From: Pseudomonadota bacterium | GTDB lineage: Bacteria; Verrucomicrobiota; Verrucomicrobiia; Limisphaerales; SXTU01 | NCBI GenBank assembly: GCA_009922615.1 | Contig: RFVF01000016.1 | Coordinates: 10,612-74,611 of the forward strand | DNA: 64,000 nt | Reading direction: 5' to 3' | Shown: positions 27,895-38,116 of the stretch, in pieces | Layout: each line of letters opens with the position of its first letter | How positions within the stretch are numbered: position 1 is the first letter of the stretch | Position numbers and translations under genes: made by a program | The notes under the pieces: generated by a model | Seen by the model: only the letters and a program-made list of their open reading frames with translations | Database searches by the model: none | Told to the model about the DNA's origin: nothing

Positions 27895-28686
27895 CTATCT
27901 TGCGAAGCAGAGAATCACCAAACCGCCCGCCAAGATGCGATACCAGCCGAAGTTCTCGAACGAATGCGAGCGCACATAACGCAGCAACCATTTCACAGCA
28001 AAGAATGACACGACGGCGGACACCAGCGTGCCAAGCAACACCATGTCCCAATGCTCGGGTGCGCCTGGCACTGGGTGGCGCAAGGCCTTGAAAATCTTCA
28101 GCCCGCTGGCCGCGAGCATCGTCGGGATGCCGATGAGAAAGGAGAATTCCGTCGCCGTCGGCCGGGCGAGACCCATCGCCAGCGCGAGCATGATCGTGGT
28201 GCCCGAACGCGAGGCGCCGGGAAACACGGCGGCGATCAACTGCCCCGCGCCCATCGCCAGTGCGATGGCCCACGTCACCTGATCGTTCAACGGTTTGTCG
28301 CGCAGCCAACGTTCGACGAGCACGAAAATAATCCCACCGATCAACAACGCGCAGCCGACAGGAAAAGGCTGTTCCGGCAGCTTGAAGTGCATTTTCTCCA
28401 GCACCAGCCCACCGGCACCGGTGAGGCCGAAGGCCACGATGACCTTCAGTAGCAAATCCATCGTGGCCGGTTCGCGCCAATGAAGGGCGAACTGTTTCAG
28501 CCGCGCTGAAAACAGCGGCAGCACGGCCAGCACGGCCCCGCCCTGGATGACGACGTTGAACAGGTCCGATTGCCGGCAGTTGAACAGCTTTTCGACGATG
28601 AGGAGATGCCCGGTGGAAGACACCGGAATGAATTCGGTGATGCCTTCAACGATGCCGAGAATGATGACCGCGAGCCAGTCTTGCAC
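27895..28686 (-). CDS. uppP: undecaprenyl-diphosphate phosphatase
   Basis: WLAVIILGIVEGITEFIPVSSTGHLLIV and polytopic helices. The GTG at 28686 gives the family-typical N-terminus; the ORF track extends to 28782. Confidence 0.9.
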   Translation of the reverse strand: MQDWLAVIILGIVEGITEFIPVSSTGHLLIVEKLFNCRQSDLFNVVIQGGAVLAVLPLFSARLKQFALHWREPATMDLLLKVIVAFGLTGAGGLVLEKMHFKLPEQPFPVGCALLIGGIIFVLVERWLRDKPLNDQVTWAIALAMGAGQLIAAVFPGASRSGTTIMLALAMGLARPTATEFSFLIGIPTMLAASGLKIFKALRHPVPGAPEHWDMVLLGTLVSAVVSFFAVKWLLRYVRSHSFENFGWYRILAGGLVILCFAR

Positions 28687-28805
28687 GCGCGGTGTTAGAC
28701 GCGAAAAATCAAGTCGAAGCAAGCGGAATAGGGGCCGGTCATGGGGAATGGGTTGAGCGACGAAGCTCCCATTTCCTATCACCTATTCCTGATTCCCGGC
28801 CCATC

Positions 28806-30227
28806 TCACCCCACCGGCAGCAACTCGGGAATTGGCTCACCGAACGGGAGAATCGGCATCGGCCGACCCGTGTGATCGGGGAACGATTGCTCCCAGTCGA
28901 TGCCGAGATGCTGATACACCGTGGCCCAGAGGTCGTTGGGCGTCATGGGGCGTTCGATCGGGTGTTCGCCGCGGCTGTTCGTCGCGCCGACGATCTGTCC
29001 GGTGCGCATTTTCGCGCCAGCCACGATGAAGGACATCGCCCCGGGCCAGTGATCGCGGCCCGGCTGCATCACGCCCGTCTGCGTGCCGATGGAGTTGGAA
29101 ATGCGGGGCGTGCGACCAAATTCGCCGGTGACGATGAGCAGGGTTTTCTCATCCAGGCCGCGTGCGTAAAGATCTTCAATGAGCGCGGACACCGCCTGGT
29201 CGTAGGGCGGGAAGCGCCATCGTGCGTCGTCGAAGATATGACAATTCACCGCGTGCGAATCCCAGTTGTAGGAGCCGTATTTCGGAGCGGTTGTGCCGGG
29301 GTGTTCCCAGACCATCGTGACGAAGCGGCAGCCCGATTCAATGAGCCGGCGGGCCATGAGGCCGCGCTGGCCGTAGGCGTTCATGCCGTAGCGCTCGCGG
29401 ACGGACTGCGGCTCGCGCGTAAGATCGAATGCCTCGCGCACGGGCTCGCTGGTGAGCATGTCGAAGGCGCGCTGACTGTATTGATCCATCGCCTCCATCA
29501 GGCCCGTGCGATCCGCGTCGCGGCGCAAGCGGTCCATGCCTTGCAGCAGGTGCAGACGGTCATCCAGCCGCGTTTCCATGTCCCGTGTGAGGCCTAGGTT
29601 CTGGACCTTGAACGTGGGTGAAGCGGGATCGCCGCCCACGACAAACGGCGTGTTCACCGAGCCAAGCCACGCGGCCCCGAGGCTAAACGTGTCAATCTGC
29701 GCACGTCCGCCGTCCACGCCCAGCACGCAGGGCGGCATGCCCTTGGGGCCGGTGTGGCGTTCATTGAAAATCTTGCTGATGTAGGACGTGACCGCAGGAG
29801 CGTCGTTCACGAAGCCCGTCGGTTCAGCCGGCAGGCGACCGGTCATGAAGCGCTTATGACCGCCACCGTGATCCGCAAAGGTGTGATGGCAGGAGCGGAC
29901 GATGGTGAACTTGTCCGCGATCTTGGCCTGCATCGGGAACAGCTCGGAAATCTCGATGCCCGGAACGTTTGTCTTGATCGGCCGGAAGATGCCCCGGTAA
30001 TCGGACGGCGCATTCGGCTTCAGGTCGTAGGTCTCCATGTGGGGTGGCCCGCCGGGCAGCCAGACGAAGATGACGGACGTGTCGTGCAAGTTTTTGCCGG
30101 TCTGCTTGGCGATGGATTCGAGACGGAAAAGGTCGCTGAGGCCAAGGCCGGTGCCGGCCAGCGCGCCAGCTTGGAGGAAGCTGCGACGCGAAACGGGGCC
30201 GCGACAGGAGGGGGAGCCAGTGATCAT
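28806..30227 (-). CDS. DUF1501 domain protein (sulfatase-fold, Tat signal)
   Basis: SRRSFLQAGALAGTGLG twin-arginine signal. The 473-aa length and the GRDHW and TGEFGRTP patterns are typical of DUF1501. Confidence 0.8.
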   Translation of the reverse strand: MITGSPSCRGPVSRRSFLQAGALAGTGLGLSDLFRLESIAKQTGKNLHDTSVIFVWLPGGPPHMETYDLKPNAPSDYRGIFRPIKTNVPGIEISELFPMQAKIADKFTIVRSCHHTFADHGGGHKRFMTGRLPAEPTGFVNDAPAVTSYISKIFNERHTGPKGMPPCVLGVDGGRAQIDTFSLGAAWLGSVNTPFVVGGDPASPTFKVQNLGLTRDMETRLDDRLHLLQGMDRLRRDADRTGLMEAMDQYSQRAFDMLTSEPVREAFDLTREPQSVRERYGMNAYGQRGLMARRLIESGCRFVTMVWEHPGTTAPKYGSYNWDSHAVNCHIFDDARWRFPPYDQAVSALIEDLYARGLDEKTLLIVTGEFGRTPRISNSIGTQTGVMQPGRDHWPGAMSFIVAGAKMRTGQIVGATNSRGEHPIERPMTPNDLWATVYQHLGIDWEQSFPDHTGRPMPILPFGEPIPELLPVG

Positions 30228-30446
30228 GGTGACAAAATAGTCTGGGAACCGACGCCTGTCAGTGGGGAAAATTCAGGAGCCTTCCCGCCGCCCGTTGGCG
30301 CGTCGCCCACGGTCTGGCCCTTGTTTGGCGCTCGAATTGGTGACCGAGTCTGCGGTGACCTTGGTCGGTTCACCACTTGACGGCTTTTCGCACGCCGCTA
30401 ACCTGCCGCGTCTCTCCGGCCTGCCGGACGACTCGTTCCCAACTGA

Positions 30447-31766
<1,320 letters not shown>

Positions 31767-31794
31767 ACGGCGTCCGGCAATCTAAATCACATCA

Positions 31795-31826
31795 GGGGCG
31801 GCCACTCGGCCGCCCCTTTTGATTCT
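31795..31826 (+). terminator. rho-independent terminator after eno
   Basis: ggggcggcc / actc / ggccgcccc followed by ttttgattct. Confidence 0.85.
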
Positions 31827-31922
31827 CCGGGGACCGTCGTCGGCGCGGTGCATTGCGGGCTTGAAGTCGCCGCGCGGTTCTTGTCGTCTAGCCCTCGTGC
31901 AAGCCCCGCCAGTGCAACCGCG

Positions 31923-32327
31923 ATGAATGGCTCGTCCACCATCCCACCGGTTCCCCCGCCCGCGCCGCGGCCATTTGAGCCAATCGTGTTTTGGATTGCC
32001 GTGGTCGTCGGAGGACTGGCCGCGTTGTTTGGCGCAGCGGGCATCTACGATGCCGCGCAATCTTCGGGGAGCGGAGAGTGGTCTGGCCTGGGCGTGCTGG
32101 CGACGATGGCGGTGGATATTCCGACCGGCTTGGTGGTGCTCGGCCTCGCTTTCACGCAGCGCCGCCGGCGACGTCGCCTTGGTTTGGTGGCCGGGGCAAT
32201 CATCTTGATCGCGCTGCCCTTTCTGGCCGCCAACGCGCTCCACCAGCACCGCGCGCAGCAACGTCGTGAGGCCGAAGAACGTGTCTTGCGCCGCACGCGC
32301 GAAGTGCTCGACGAACAACCCAAATAG
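31923..32327 (+). CDS. small membrane protein, 3 predicted TM helices, basic C-terminal tail
   Basis: From ATG 31923: IVFWIAVVVGGLAALFGAAGI, GVLATMAVDIPTGLVVLGLAF, LVAGAIILIALPFLAA. No family recognised. Confidence 0.5.
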   Translation: MNGSSTIPPVPPPAPRPFEPIVFWIAVVVGGLAALFGAAGIYDAAQSSGSGEWSGLGVLATMAVDIPTGLVVLGLAFTQRRRRRRLGLVAGAIILIALPFLAANALHQHRAQQRREAEERVLRRTREVLDEQPK

Positions 32328-32337
32328 CAACCCACCC

Positions 32338-33216
32338 ATGGCCCACTCCACTTTCAAAGTCGGTGACCTCACGGCAGTCATCGGCGACAACGCCGCTCAC
32401 GACCAGCATCGCGCCGGCTACAACGGCGTCTGGAGCCTCGTCCACAACACCCACGCGGCACGGAGCCTCTTCGTGCCGGGCATCGCCGGGCTGAACTTCG
32501 AGCACATCTTCAACGGCGAGGAACCGCCCGACGGGAAGACCTTCTTCGAGCCACGCAACGCGGAGATGCGCTTCACGCAGACTGCGGAGGCCGAGGCCGA
32601 GCTGCACCAGCCGCCGACGCCCACATATCACGTCGAGAGTTGGACGCGCTTTCGGCTCGTCGCACCGCACTACCTGGACATGAGCTTTCGCTGCGTGGCG
32701 CATCAGCACGTTTTTCCGCGCGGTTACCTGGGGCTCTTTTGGGCCAGCTACATCCATGCGCCGTTGGACAAGGCGATGTATTTCATCGGCGGCCCGGCGG
32801 ACCAGCCCGTGCCGCTGTGGACGCAGCATTGCACGCCGTTCCACAACCGTGATGCCACGGTGCTGCACCGCGAGGACAAGCAGGCGCTCACGTTTGCCCA
32901 GGGCCGCGACACGCTCTACAAGAGCCTGTCGTTCCTGCGCTATCACCTGCCGTTTTTCTACGGCCATCATGATGGGTTGACGTGGATTGTGATGTTTGAC
33001 CGCACGGCCGGCATCCGTTTCGCACATTCACCCGGCGGCGGCGGCGTGAACGCAGACCTCAAGACCACGAACCCGGCGTGGGATTTTCAATTCATCGTGC
33101 CCAAGCCCGAGGTGATGCAGGAATACGGCTTCAAGATTCGCACCGTCCTGCGCCCGCGCTGCTCGCGGGACGAGGTGCTGGAGGAATACAGGCGCTGGAC
33201 CGGGCTGGCCGGTTGA
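32338..33216 (+). CDS. conserved hypothetical protein
   Basis: 292-aa ORF from ATG 32338 with strong G/C-ending codon bias (MAHSTFKVGDLTAVIGDNAAHDQHRAGYNGVW, GLNFEHIF). No family recognised. Confidence 0.6.
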   Translation: MAHSTFKVGDLTAVIGDNAAHDQHRAGYNGVWSLVHNTHAARSLFVPGIAGLNFEHIFNGEEPPDGKTFFEPRNAEMRFTQTAEAEAELHQPPTPTYHVESWTRFRLVAPHYLDMSFRCVAHQHVFPRGYLGLFWASYIHAPLDKAMYFIGGPADQPVPLWTQHCTPFHNRDATVLHREDKQALTFAQGRDTLYKSLSFLRYHLPFFYGHHDGLTWIVMFDRTAGIRFAHSPGGGGVNADLKTTNPAWDFQFIVPKPEVMQEYGFKIRTVLRPRCSRDEVLEEYRRWTGLAG

Positions 33217-33236
33217 AACCGGACAAGCTTCACCAA

Positions 33237-33824
33237 TCAATCGCGTCGGCGTCGCCAGACCTCGACGATGTGGTAGAGCCCTGGCTCACCTCGCGGCGGC
33301 TTACCGGGAATTTCCATCGTGGGCGCAAGTGCGAAAACTTCTTCAGCAGTGTCCAGCAGAAAGTAGCGGTTTGTGGGGACTTCGGCGGCAAGGTTGTTGC
33401 ATGAGAGCGGGGAGCACCCGAAGAACGGAGCACACTCCGAAACGCTTTCAAATGCGCGCTCGAACAAGTCGTAGCCGAGCCGCTCGTAGTGGCTACTCAA
33501 TGGAGCTGTATTTACTTCGGGGAAAGAATAGGGCGTCCGAATGCCTTTGATGAATCGCACCGGGTAGAGCCGGTAGGCGTAGAGGTCGCAGGCCGGAAGC
33601 GCTTCCGCAGGCACGACACTCAAGGCAAGTTCGGGTGTGTCATAAAGCCAGATTACGTTGTGCTTCCAATCGTTTATCCAATCCCAGTCAGCGCGGGACA
33701 TGCAGGTGCTGGCGCTGCAAATCTCATCCACTTGCGTAGCCTTCAGCCAGTCGGGCCTCTTCAAGGTCAACTTGGCGAAGTAGCCAATCAGTGTTGGCTC
33801 CGGGATGATCACACCAGTTTTCAC
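33237..33824 (-). CDS. hypothetical protein, atypical codon usage
   Basis: 195-aa intact ORF with a GTG start and many A/T-ending codons. No motif recognised (CSPLSCNNLAAEV, EPGLYHIVEV). Confidence 0.45.
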   Translation of the reverse strand: MKTGVIIPEPTLIGYFAKLTLKRPDWLKATQVDEICSASTCMSRADWDWINDWKHNVIWLYDTPELALSVVPAEALPACDLYAYRLYPVRFIKGIRTPYSFPEVNTAPLSSHYERLGYDLFERAFESVSECAPFFGCSPLSCNNLAAEVPTNRYFLLDTAEEVFALAPTMEIPGKPPRGEPGLYHIVEVWRRRRD

Positions 33825-33840
33825 TACGGTCCGCCGATGA

Positions 33841-34914
33841 TCACCCTTTGCCCTTGGCCGTGCGCAAATCCTTCCGGCACTTTGGGTCGGCCGGCGTTGG
33901 GTCCCCAGTCTGCTCGATGGGGTGCGTGAAGAGATAGCGCCACACGTCCTCGTGGATGAACTTGCCCGCCGCGTCCTTCACCGCCGCGCCGCCGGGCACT
34001 ACGGAGCTGTGCGCGCGCTTGGCGTCGCCCTTCACGTTCGCGTCGGTGATGAGGCGGCGGGTGTTGCCGTAGGGCGCGGCGACCTTGTCCACGTTCACGA
34101 TGGGGCCGAATTGGTGCAGGCCGAGCAATTCCCACGAGCGGCAGTAGTGGTCGCCGGACCAGCCGCCGTCGAGCACGTGGCTGAAGCCAAAGTAGCGGTT
34201 CGCGGGCGTGGCGGAAGGCAGCGCCTGCCAGCTCTCCAACTGGTCACGTGGACCGCAGAACATCACCACGCGGTCCACCTTCACGTGCTTCGCGAAGCGT
34301 GCCGCCGTGGTCGAGCCATGGGAACTGCCGGAGATGATGACGCGGTCCCAGCGCAGGCCGGTCTTGTCCTCGGTCAGAAAATAATCCCAGCGCCCGGCGG
34401 GGTTTTCCTTCGCCAGCCATTTCACGAACTGCAACGCGCGCTCCATCATGCCGTCCGGCTTGGGGATGCTGACCAACGGGCTGAAGTCTTCGCCGGTCGC
34501 GGCTTCGAGGCGGATTTTGCCGAGCAGCAAGCCGTCGTCGCCGGGCGATTGATCCGCGAACTTGCCGAACCAGCCGTTCGCGTAATGCACGCGCAGGAAG
34601 TGCAGGCCGTAGCTGTTCACGCGCTCGGCCAGCGGCGCGCTGTGGCCCATGAGCCAGATGACGAGCTTGCCCTGCGGCTTCACCCGCGTGTCCACGGACG
34701 CATGCTGCGTGTCCGCCGGCTTGCCGTCCTTTTCGAAGCCGAACTCGATCTCCGGATGCGGCTTCGCACGCGGGTCAAGCTGGCTGGCGCGAGAGGTGAG
34801 TTCGTAACGCTTCGGCGTGGAGTCGTTGAAGGTCAGCGGCGCGGCGGCGAGAGCTTGGCCACCAGAGAGCGCAAAGAGAGCAATGAAAAGGGCGAAAGGA
34901 CTAAACGTGTTCAT
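33841..34914 (-). CDS. secreted alpha/beta-hydrolase-fold protein
   Basis: Signal peptide MNTFSPFALFIALFALSGGQALA and a GxSxG-type elbow in VIISGSSHGST. Confidence 0.6.
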   Translation of the reverse strand: MNTFSPFALFIALFALSGGQALAAAPLTFNDSTPKRYELTSRASQLDPRAKPHPEIEFGFEKDGKPADTQHASVDTRVKPQGKLVIWLMGHSAPLAERVNSYGLHFLRVHYANGWFGKFADQSPGDDGLLLGKIRLEAATGEDFSPLVSIPKPDGMMERALQFVKWLAKENPAGRWDYFLTEDKTGLRWDRVIISGSSHGSTTAARFAKHVKVDRVVMFCGPRDQLESWQALPSATPANRYFGFSHVLDGGWSGDHYCRSWELLGLHQFGPIVNVDKVAAPYGNTRRLITDANVKGDAKRAHSSVVPGGAAVKDAAGKFIHEDVWRYLFTHPIEQTGDPTPADPKCRKDLRTAKGKG

Positions 34915-34975
34915 AAGGTGGATAATGCGAAGTGCTAAAGCGGGTTAACAACTTTCCAAGCGATCCAAGGGCTGG

Positions 34976-35431
34976 TCAGCAGGTCTTGGGGTGAATCCTC
35001 AGAAGGAAGATTTCCATTTTGATGACCGACTCTCGATCAATGCCGTAAACTTTGTGCATGGTGTGGGCAAACAAGTGGGGTGGAATCGCCACATGTCGGT
35101 AACCCATCGTCCGCATTCCAAGAATTGAGTAATAGATTCCCGGCAGCACGTCCGCTTGCCTTGCCAGTGAACGGTCCCGCTCGAAAACGACGTTCGACCT
35201 GTGCAGCTTGGCCGCACCCCAAGCGATTGTCGGTTTTCCGTCCACGTCAGTAATGTAGGGGATGGGGTCCTGTAGTAGCGTTTCAAACTCCAACGGTTCA
35301 CCCCGATTTCTGTAGAACTTCAAGACTCCATCAAACCGATCTGAGTCCTGGATTGGAGCCCCGTATCCCTCAATCTCGGCCAATAGCTTAATGCCCGCCT
35401 GGATTTTCAAGAGTATGTTGGAAGCCTCCAC
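34976..35431 (-). CDS. divergent FKBP-like domain protein (tentative)
   Basis: GIKLLAEIEGYGAPIQDSDRFDGVLKFYRNRGEPL and VLPGIYYSILGMRTMGYRHVAIPPHLF to VIKMEIFLLRI follow the FKBP-type PPIase pattern. GTG start and A/T-rich codons. Confidence 0.4.
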   Translation of the reverse strand: MEASNILLKIQAGIKLLAEIEGYGAPIQDSDRFDGVLKFYRNRGEPLEFETLLQDPIPYITDVDGKPTIAWGAAKLHRSNVVFERDRSLARQADVLPGIYYSILGMRTMGYRHVAIPPHLFAHTMHKVYGIDRESVIKMEIFLLRIHPKTC

Positions 35432-35452
35432 TCAGTTGGAAGCCTCCACTCA
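35417..35452. repeat. perfect 2 x 18-bp tandem duplication gttggaagcctccactca
   Basis: Read directly. The copies cover the stop of the upstream small gene, a GGAGG Shine-Dalgarno-like motif and the GTG start plus the first four sense codons of the FKBP-like gene. Confidence 0.9.
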
Positions 35453-35641
35453 ATCCGCGACTGCCGCGCGATGGCCGGCGGCCAGCCGCAGCCGCGCTTC
35501 CTCGGCGTTGGCACACCGATAGACTGCCTTGAGGCAGACAGTGCAAACGCGGATGTCGCGCTCGCCAGCGAGCGGGAGCTTTTCCCAATCAGCCGGGCAG
35601 TCGCCGCTCTTGAGCTCTTCACATTCCAAAATACGTGTCAT
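35450..35641 (-). CDS. small Cys-rich (zinc-ribbon-like) protein, 63 aa
   Basis: MTRILECEELKSGDCPADWEKLPLAGERDIRVCTVCLKAVYRC has a CxxxxxxxC / CxxC arrangement. ATG start, with its stop abutting the next gene. Confidence 0.45.
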   Translation of the reverse strand: MTRILECEELKSGDCPADWEKLPLAGERDIRVCTVCLKAVYRCANAEEARLRLAAGHRAAVAD

Positions 35642-35703
35642 GCGCGAAGGCTGCCGGGATGCGGGAAAACGTCAAGCCGTGGCGGGCTGCGTGCGTCCCT
35701 GTG

Positions 35704-36633
35704 TCAGGGTTTGAGATGCCGATCCAGCAATTCCTCGGCGGCGGCTTGCGCGTCCGCCGGATAGCGGTGGCCTTGGCGGTGGTTCAAGAGGCGGACGCGG
35801 TCCTTCGCGCCCAGCAGCTCATAGACGGGCCGCGCGGCTTCGACGAATGCGGCGCTCTTGTCGCTGTCGGCGGAGTTCCCGGCGAGCAGTAGAAACGGTC
35901 GCGGCGCGATCAGCGCGATGAGTTCGTGATGTTCGTGCCCGAAGCCGGGCTGCTTGATACGTGAGCCCAGATACCACGGTGCGTCCCAGTTGCTAAAGGT
36001 CAGCCCGATGCCGCCTTCGCTGAACACGGCGACCTTGAACCGCTCGTCGAACGCAGCGGCGTAGAGCACTTCCTTCGCACCCAGCGAGTGACCGAGGCAG
36101 CCGATGCGCTCTCGGTCCACCAGCGGCAGCGACTCCAAGTAGTCCACCGCGCGGATGCCGTCCCATGTCATGCGCACCATGCCAGTCCACGTGGGGTGTT
36201 GCTGCTGCACGCGCTTCACCCAATCGGCGTAGCCCGCGCCGTCCGCAAAGATGAAGCACCGCGGGCAGACGACCACGTAGCCGCGCTTCACGAGCTGCAC
36301 GCCGTGCATGAGTTCGGGCACGGAGGCATCAATGCCCGCCGCCTGCTGCGCCTGCGTCTTCACGGTCTGATGGAACACCACGACGCCGGGGAGTTTGTCC
36401 GTGGCGTTTTTCGGGATAAGCACGTAAGCATCGGTGAACACGCCGTCCTCGACCTGATACTTCACGTGCTGCCGCGTGAAGTCGGGAAGCGTCTCGGTGG
36501 CCAGCACCTCTGCCTTCAACGGGACGCGTTCTTGGGAGAACTCACCGAGGAACGCTTGCCATTCTGCGCGCAGGGCGGTGCGCCGCTTCATCCATGCCGC
36601 TGCGGAAGTGATGGGTTGCCCGCCTTCATCCAC
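35704..36633 (-). CDS. alpha/beta hydrolase (dienelactone-hydrolase / acetyl-esterase-like)
   Basis: GVVVFHQT, nucleophile GHSLGA, and C-terminal HRQGHRYP. The start is uncertain (GTG 36633 or ATG 36591). The ORF track extension to 36918 overlaps the upstream ceramidase-like gene. Confidence 0.7.
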   Translation of the reverse strand: MDEGGQPITSAAAWMKRRTALRAEWQAFLGEFSQERVPLKAEVLATETLPDFTRQHVKYQVEDGVFTDAYVLIPKNATDKLPGVVVFHQTVKTQAQQAAGIDASVPELMHGVQLVKRGYVVVCPRCFIFADGAGYADWVKRVQQQHPTWTGMVRMTWDGIRAVDYLESLPLVDRERIGCLGHSLGAKEVLYAAAFDERFKVAVFSEGGIGLTFSNWDAPWYLGSRIKQPGFGHEHHELIALIAPRPFLLLAGNSADSDKSAAFVEAARPVYELLGAKDRVRLLNHRQGHRYPADAQAAAEELLDRHLKP

Positions 36634-36671
36634 GAGCAGCGAGCGGAGCTGGGCCGCCGGCGTCGGGCTGG

Positions 36672-38105
36672 CTATTTCGCGTCGGCTTTCAACTGCGCGA
36701 GCATCTCCAGCAGATGCTGGGTGAGAATGACGGTGGTGTCCTCCTGCACCACGTTGGTGCCCAGCCAAGTTTCGTAACCGCCGAGCTGGTGCTGCTCCGG
36801 AGTCGGGAGGTAGCCGTGGCGGCCGTTGGCGAGGCCGATGACCATGGTCTGTGGGAACGGACTCCGATGCTTCAAGTCGAGCCCCGTCTCGGCGAAGGTC
36901 TCGAACGGGATGCCGCACACCGCCAGGTCACCAATGCGCAGGGCCTGCAACTTCACGGTCAGCGTTTCTTCTTTCCGTTCGGCGGCGGAGACGGTGCTCC
37001 GCGCGTAATTCTCTGCCAGGCGTGGGAGCTTCTCCTTGGCCGCGGGATCAGTGACAGCGAGGACGGCCCGCGCCTCGGCCAGTTGTTGGGCCGTCGGCCG
37101 GCGATACTTCAGGACGACCTCGCGCTGCAACATGCCGAGCCGGGCTTCGCCCAGATGCTTCCCGATCTTCTGCTGCGCGTGCCACGCGGTGTCGGCGGCT
37201 TTGCCTGCCACGATGCGAATCTGTTCGAAGGGCGCACGCGGCGGGCGGACGACGCCGAAGGGGATGTTGTTAATGTCCCCGGACGTGCCGTTGGACATCA
37301 TCGCAACGAAATCATCGTCCGCGCGCACCCGGGCGGGCATGAGCCGGGCGAACTCGCCAAAATAATCCGCCGAGACCTGTGCCGGTGGCATCCCGCCGAC
37401 GTAGTGGAGCGAGTAGTTCGCAAAGAGCGCCAGCGGCCGGCGCTTCGCGTCCTGCACAGAGAGGATCGTGATGTCGGGATCGGTCGGCCCGGCGGGGTGA
37501 TCCAGCACGGTGGGGCTGGTGCCGGGATTCATTTTCACGGTGTCGAGCTTGCCAAAGGGATTCAGTGGCATCTGGCCCGGCTTGAGATACCAGCGCCGGT
37601 TGAACACCTCGTCCGGCAACGGGTGCGCCGCCGCGCCGACCAGGGCGGGCCGCAACGCCGCATGGGCCCGGATGATCGCTTCGGCGATGCCCTCGATGAG
37701 GAGCTTGCGATACGCCACAGCGGGCGCGGGTCCGGTCTTGGTGTTAGAGGACGGCGCGGTGTGCGAGTGCGTGGACGCAATGAGCATCTTGTCCGGGGCC
37801 ATGCCGGTGCGCTTCGCGGCGATGTCCTTGGCCTCGTCCTGCACCTCCGGCGCGAGGCCGAGATTGTCCACGACCACCATGGCCAGCGTGGTCGTGCCGT
37901 CGTCGAGCACCAGCGCGCGGGCATGCAGCGGGTCATGCGCGTTGGTTGCCATGTTGGCCGCAAACCCGCCGGGCATGTTCAGCGGAAACTCCCGCGGCGT
38001 GATGTCCACGGCGGCAGCTCCGGCGCGCAGGACTGGTTTGTCCGCCGCGTGCAGTGCTAGCGAAAGGGTGAAGAGGCCAACGAACAGGAAATGTTTCAGA
38101 AGCAT
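36672..38105 (-). CDS. neutral/alkaline ceramidase-like hydrolase, secreted (paralog 1)
   Basis: Signal peptide, AGAAAVDITP, DPLHARALVLDDG, IASTHSHTAPS. Confidence 0.7.
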   Translation of the reverse strand: MLLKHFLFVGLFTLSLALHAADKPVLRAGAAAVDITPREFPLNMPGGFAANMATNAHDPLHARALVLDDGTTTLAMVVVDNLGLAPEVQDEAKDIAAKRTGMAPDKMLIASTHSHTAPSSNTKTGPAPAVAYRKLLIEGIAEAIIRAHAALRPALVGAAAHPLPDEVFNRRWYLKPGQMPLNPFGKLDTVKMNPGTSPTVLDHPAGPTDPDITILSVQDAKRRPLALFANYSLHYVGGMPPAQVSADYFGEFARLMPARVRADDDFVAMMSNGTSGDINNIPFGVVRPPRAPFEQIRIVAGKAADTAWHAQQKIGKHLGEARLGMLQREVVLKYRRPTAQQLAEARAVLAVTDPAAKEKLPRLAENYARSTVSAAERKEETLTVKLQALRIGDLAVCGIPFETFAETGLDLKHRSPFPQTMVIGLANGRHGYLPTPEQHQLGGYETWLGTNVVQEDTTVILTQHLLEMLAQLKADAK

Positions 38106-38116
38106 GAAAAAATCGG

